Of a stretch of 64,000 nt of DNA, positions 62,139 to 64,000 are shown piece after piece. The position numbers and the translations under genes were made by a program. Position 1 is the first letter of the stretch. Each line of letters begins with the position of its first letter. The notes beneath the pieces are model-generated. The model was given only the letters and a program-made list of their open reading frames with translations, made no database searches and had not been told where the DNA came from. Source of the stretch: Janthinobacterium lividum (lineage in GTDB: Bacteria > Pseudomonadota > Alphaproteobacteria > Acetobacterales > Acetobacteraceae); the NCBI GenBank assembly GCA_050954595.1, contig JBPBQE010000214.1, forward strand, positions 768 through 64,767, given 5' to 3'.

Positions 62139-63590
62139 TTATCCCAGCTTGGATTTCAGCACGTCGTTGACGAGCGCCGGGTTACCCTTGCCGGCCATGG
62201 CCTTCATGACTTGGCCTACGAAGAAGCCGAACAGCTTCTCCTTGCCGCCCTTATACTCGGCGAGCTTGTCCGGGTTGGCGTCGAGCACCTTTTGCACCGC
62301 CTCGTCGATGGCACCGGTATCGGTCACCTGGCGCAGACCCTTGGCCTCCACGATCGCCGCCGGGCTCTCGCCGGTTTCGACCATGGCCTCGAATACCTCC
62401 TTGGCGATACGGCCGTTGATGGTCTTGTCGGTCAGTAGGTCGACCAACTCGCCCAGTGCCGCGGCCGAGACCGGGCTGGTTTGGATCGTGGTGCCGGTCC
62501 GGTTCAAGGCGGCGAAGAAGTCGCCCGTCATCCAGTTTGCCGCCAGCCTGGCATCGCGCCCCTTGGCGACGGTCTCATAGAAGGCTGCCGTCTCCTTCTC
62601 GGCTACCAGCACGCCGGCATCGTAGACCGGCAAGCCATACTCGCTCACGAACCGCGCCCGCTTGGCGTCTGGCAGCTCGGGCAACTCGCGCTTGAGATCC
62701 TCAACCCAGTTCTCGTCCAGCACCAGTGGCAACAAATCCGGGTCCGGGAAGTAGCGATAGTCGTGCGCATCCTCCTTAGACCGCATCGACCGGGTCTCGC
62801 CGCGTGACGGGTCGAACAGCCGCGTCTCTTGCTCGACAGTACCGCCGCCTTCCCAGACGCCTACCTGACGCGTCGCTTCCGCCTCGATCGCCTGCATTAC
62901 GAAGCGGATCGAGTTGACGTTCTTGATCTCGCAGCGGGTGCGGAACGGCTCGCCGTGCTTGCGGACCGAGACGTTGACGTCGGCGCGCATGGAGCCCTCC
63001 TCCATGTTGCCGTCGCAGGTGCCGAGATAGCGCAGGATGGTGCGCATCTTGCGCAGATAGGCGCCGGCTTCTTCCGGGCTGCGCATGTCGGGCTCGCTGA
63101 CAATCTCCATCAGCGCGACACCGGAGCGGTTGAGGTCGATGTAGCTCTTGGTCGCGTGCTGATCATGCAGCGACTTGCCGGCATCCTGCTCGAGGTGCAG
63201 CCGGGTCACGCCGATGCGCTTGGACGAGCCGTCGGCCAGCTCGACCTCGATCACGCCGGCGCCGACGATCGGGTGCGCGAACTGGCTGATCTGATAGCCG
63301 GCCGGCAAGTCGGCATAGAAGTAGTTCTTCCGGTCGAACCGGCTGACCAGGTTGATCTGCGCCTCCAACCCCAGCCCAGTGCGCACGGCTTGCGCCACGC
63401 ACTCGCGGTTCAACACCGGCAACATGCCGGGGAATGCCGCATCGACGAAGCTGACCTGGCTGTTCGGGTCGGCCCCGAACGCCGTGGCCGCGCCGCTGAA
63501 CAGCTTGGACTGGCTGATCACTTGGGCATGGACCTCGAGGCCCACGACGATCTCCCACGTGCCAGTCGCACCTTCGATCACATAGCTCAT
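62139..63590 (-). CDS. gatB: Asp-tRNA(Asn)/Glu-tRNA(Gln) amidotransferase subunit B
   Basis: 483 aa. [28 protein letters not shown] and the C-terminal YqeY-like tail. Confidence 0.95.
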   Translation of the reverse strand: MSYVIEGATGTWEIVVGLEVHAQVISQSKLFSGAATAFGADPNSQVSFVDAAFPGMLPVLNRECVAQAVRTGLGLEAQINLVSRFDRKNYFYADLPAGYQISQFAHPIVGAGVIEVELADGSSKRIGVTRLHLEQDAGKSLHDQHATKSYIDLNRSGVALMEIVSEPDMRSPEEAGAYLRKMRTILRYLGTCDGNMEEGSMRADVNVSVRKHGEPFRTRCEIKNVNSIRFVMQAIEAEATRQVGVWEGGGTVEQETRLFDPSRGETRSMRSKEDAHDYRYFPDPDLLPLVLDENWVEDLKRELPELPDAKRARFVSEYGLPVYDAGVLVAEKETAAFYETVAKGRDARLAANWMTGDFFAALNRTGTTIQTSPVSAAALGELVDLLTDKTINGRIAKEVFEAMVETGESPAAIVEAKGLRQVTDTGAIDEAVQKVLDANPDKLAEYKGGKEKLFGFFVGQVMKAMAGKGNPALVNDVLKSKLG

Positions 63591-64000
63591 GCATCAACTC
63601 CTGCGCGGATCGGGGGCAGCGTCTCGAACCCGGCGGCATGCTCGATCGCAACCGCCACAGCGAAGCCGGTCGCTTCATCGAACGGCCGCGTCAACACCTG
63701 CAGCCCCAGCGGCAACCCGGCCTTGTCCAGCCCGGCCGGCACGGAGATGCCCGGGATCCCCGCCATGTTGGCCGGCACGGTGAAGATGTCGTTGAGATAC
63801 ATCTTCACCGGGTCGTCCATGTTCTCGCCCTGCGCGAACGCGGCCGAGGGTGCCGTCGGCGTCAGCAACGCGTCGCAGGTGCGGAACGCGTCGGTGAAGT
63901 CCCGCAGGATCAGCGCCCGCAGCTTTTGCGCCCGCAAATAGTAAGCGTCGTAATAGCCGGCCGACAGAACGTAGGTGCCGATCATGATGCGCCGCTGCAC
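63587..64000 (-). CDS. gatA: Glu-tRNA(Gln) amidotransferase subunit A, C-terminal 137 aa (5' end lies outside the window)
   Basis: Amidase-signature family C-terminus [29 protein letters not shown]. The stop overlaps the gatB ATG (ATGA). Confidence 0.9.
   Translation of the reverse strand: MQRRIMIGTYVLSAGYYDAYYLRAQKLRALILRDFTDAFRTCDALLTPTAPSAAFAQGENMDDPVKMYLNDIFTVPANMAGIPGISVPAGLDKAGLPLGLQVLTRPFDEATGFAVAVAIEHAAGFETLPPIRAGVDA

Overview
High-GC chromosomal segment. Hand counts of single 60-nt lines give about 70-77% GC in most genes. The PhyR/NepR/EcfG locus places it in the Alphaproteobacteria. I can support 49 protein-coding genes (two cut by the window edges), tRNA-Val(GAC), tRNA-Ser(GCU) and a few hairpins. 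Layout: (i) 1-11.6 kb is a tightly packed housekeeping train, gltX'-pyrB-pyrC'-plsY-dprA-topA-rnr-S41 peptidase-rpmG. (ii) 11.7-20.4 kb holds a DUF3253-like gene coupled to an SbmA/BacA-type ABC transporter, convergent with a minus-strand train of M20 amidohydrolase-cydD-cydC-OmpA-like lipoprotein-recQ. (iii) 20.4-23.7 kb is a general-stress-response (GSR) locus with phyR, two tandem EcfG-type sigma genes, a nepR-like gene and an HWE/HisKA_2 kinase. (iv) 23.8-40.3 kb is a seven-gene trehalose/alpha-glucan operon, glgE-treS/pep2-glgB-treZ-malQ-treY-otsA. (v) 40.3-55.1 kb holds two dehydrogenases, an NBD-less peptide-type ABC importer, a TauE-like protein, a TPR/GT9-like protein, a NitT/TauT-type ABC importer, an ABC-F protein and glcB. 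(vi) 55.2-60.8 kb is bounded by two tRNA genes and is partly lower in GC (formylglutamate-amidohydrolase family, SLT, acyl-CoA dehydrogenase, response regulator, beta-helix/repeat protein). (vii) 60.8-64 kb holds a GST, a DoxX-like membrane protein, gatB and gatA'. I see no CRISPR array, transposase, integrase, phage gene or recognisable defence or toxin-antitoxin module, and no non-coding gap longer than about 225 nt. I cannot point to a clearly novel system. The best candidates for follow-up are the non-canonical GSR locus next to the fused trehalose/alpha-glucan operon, the 361-aa N-terminal extension of GlgE, the DUF3253-like/BclA-like transporter pair, and the response regulator/beta-helix repeat protein pair with an AT-rich palindromic spacer. 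All family calls come from motif recognition by eye, and no database search was run.
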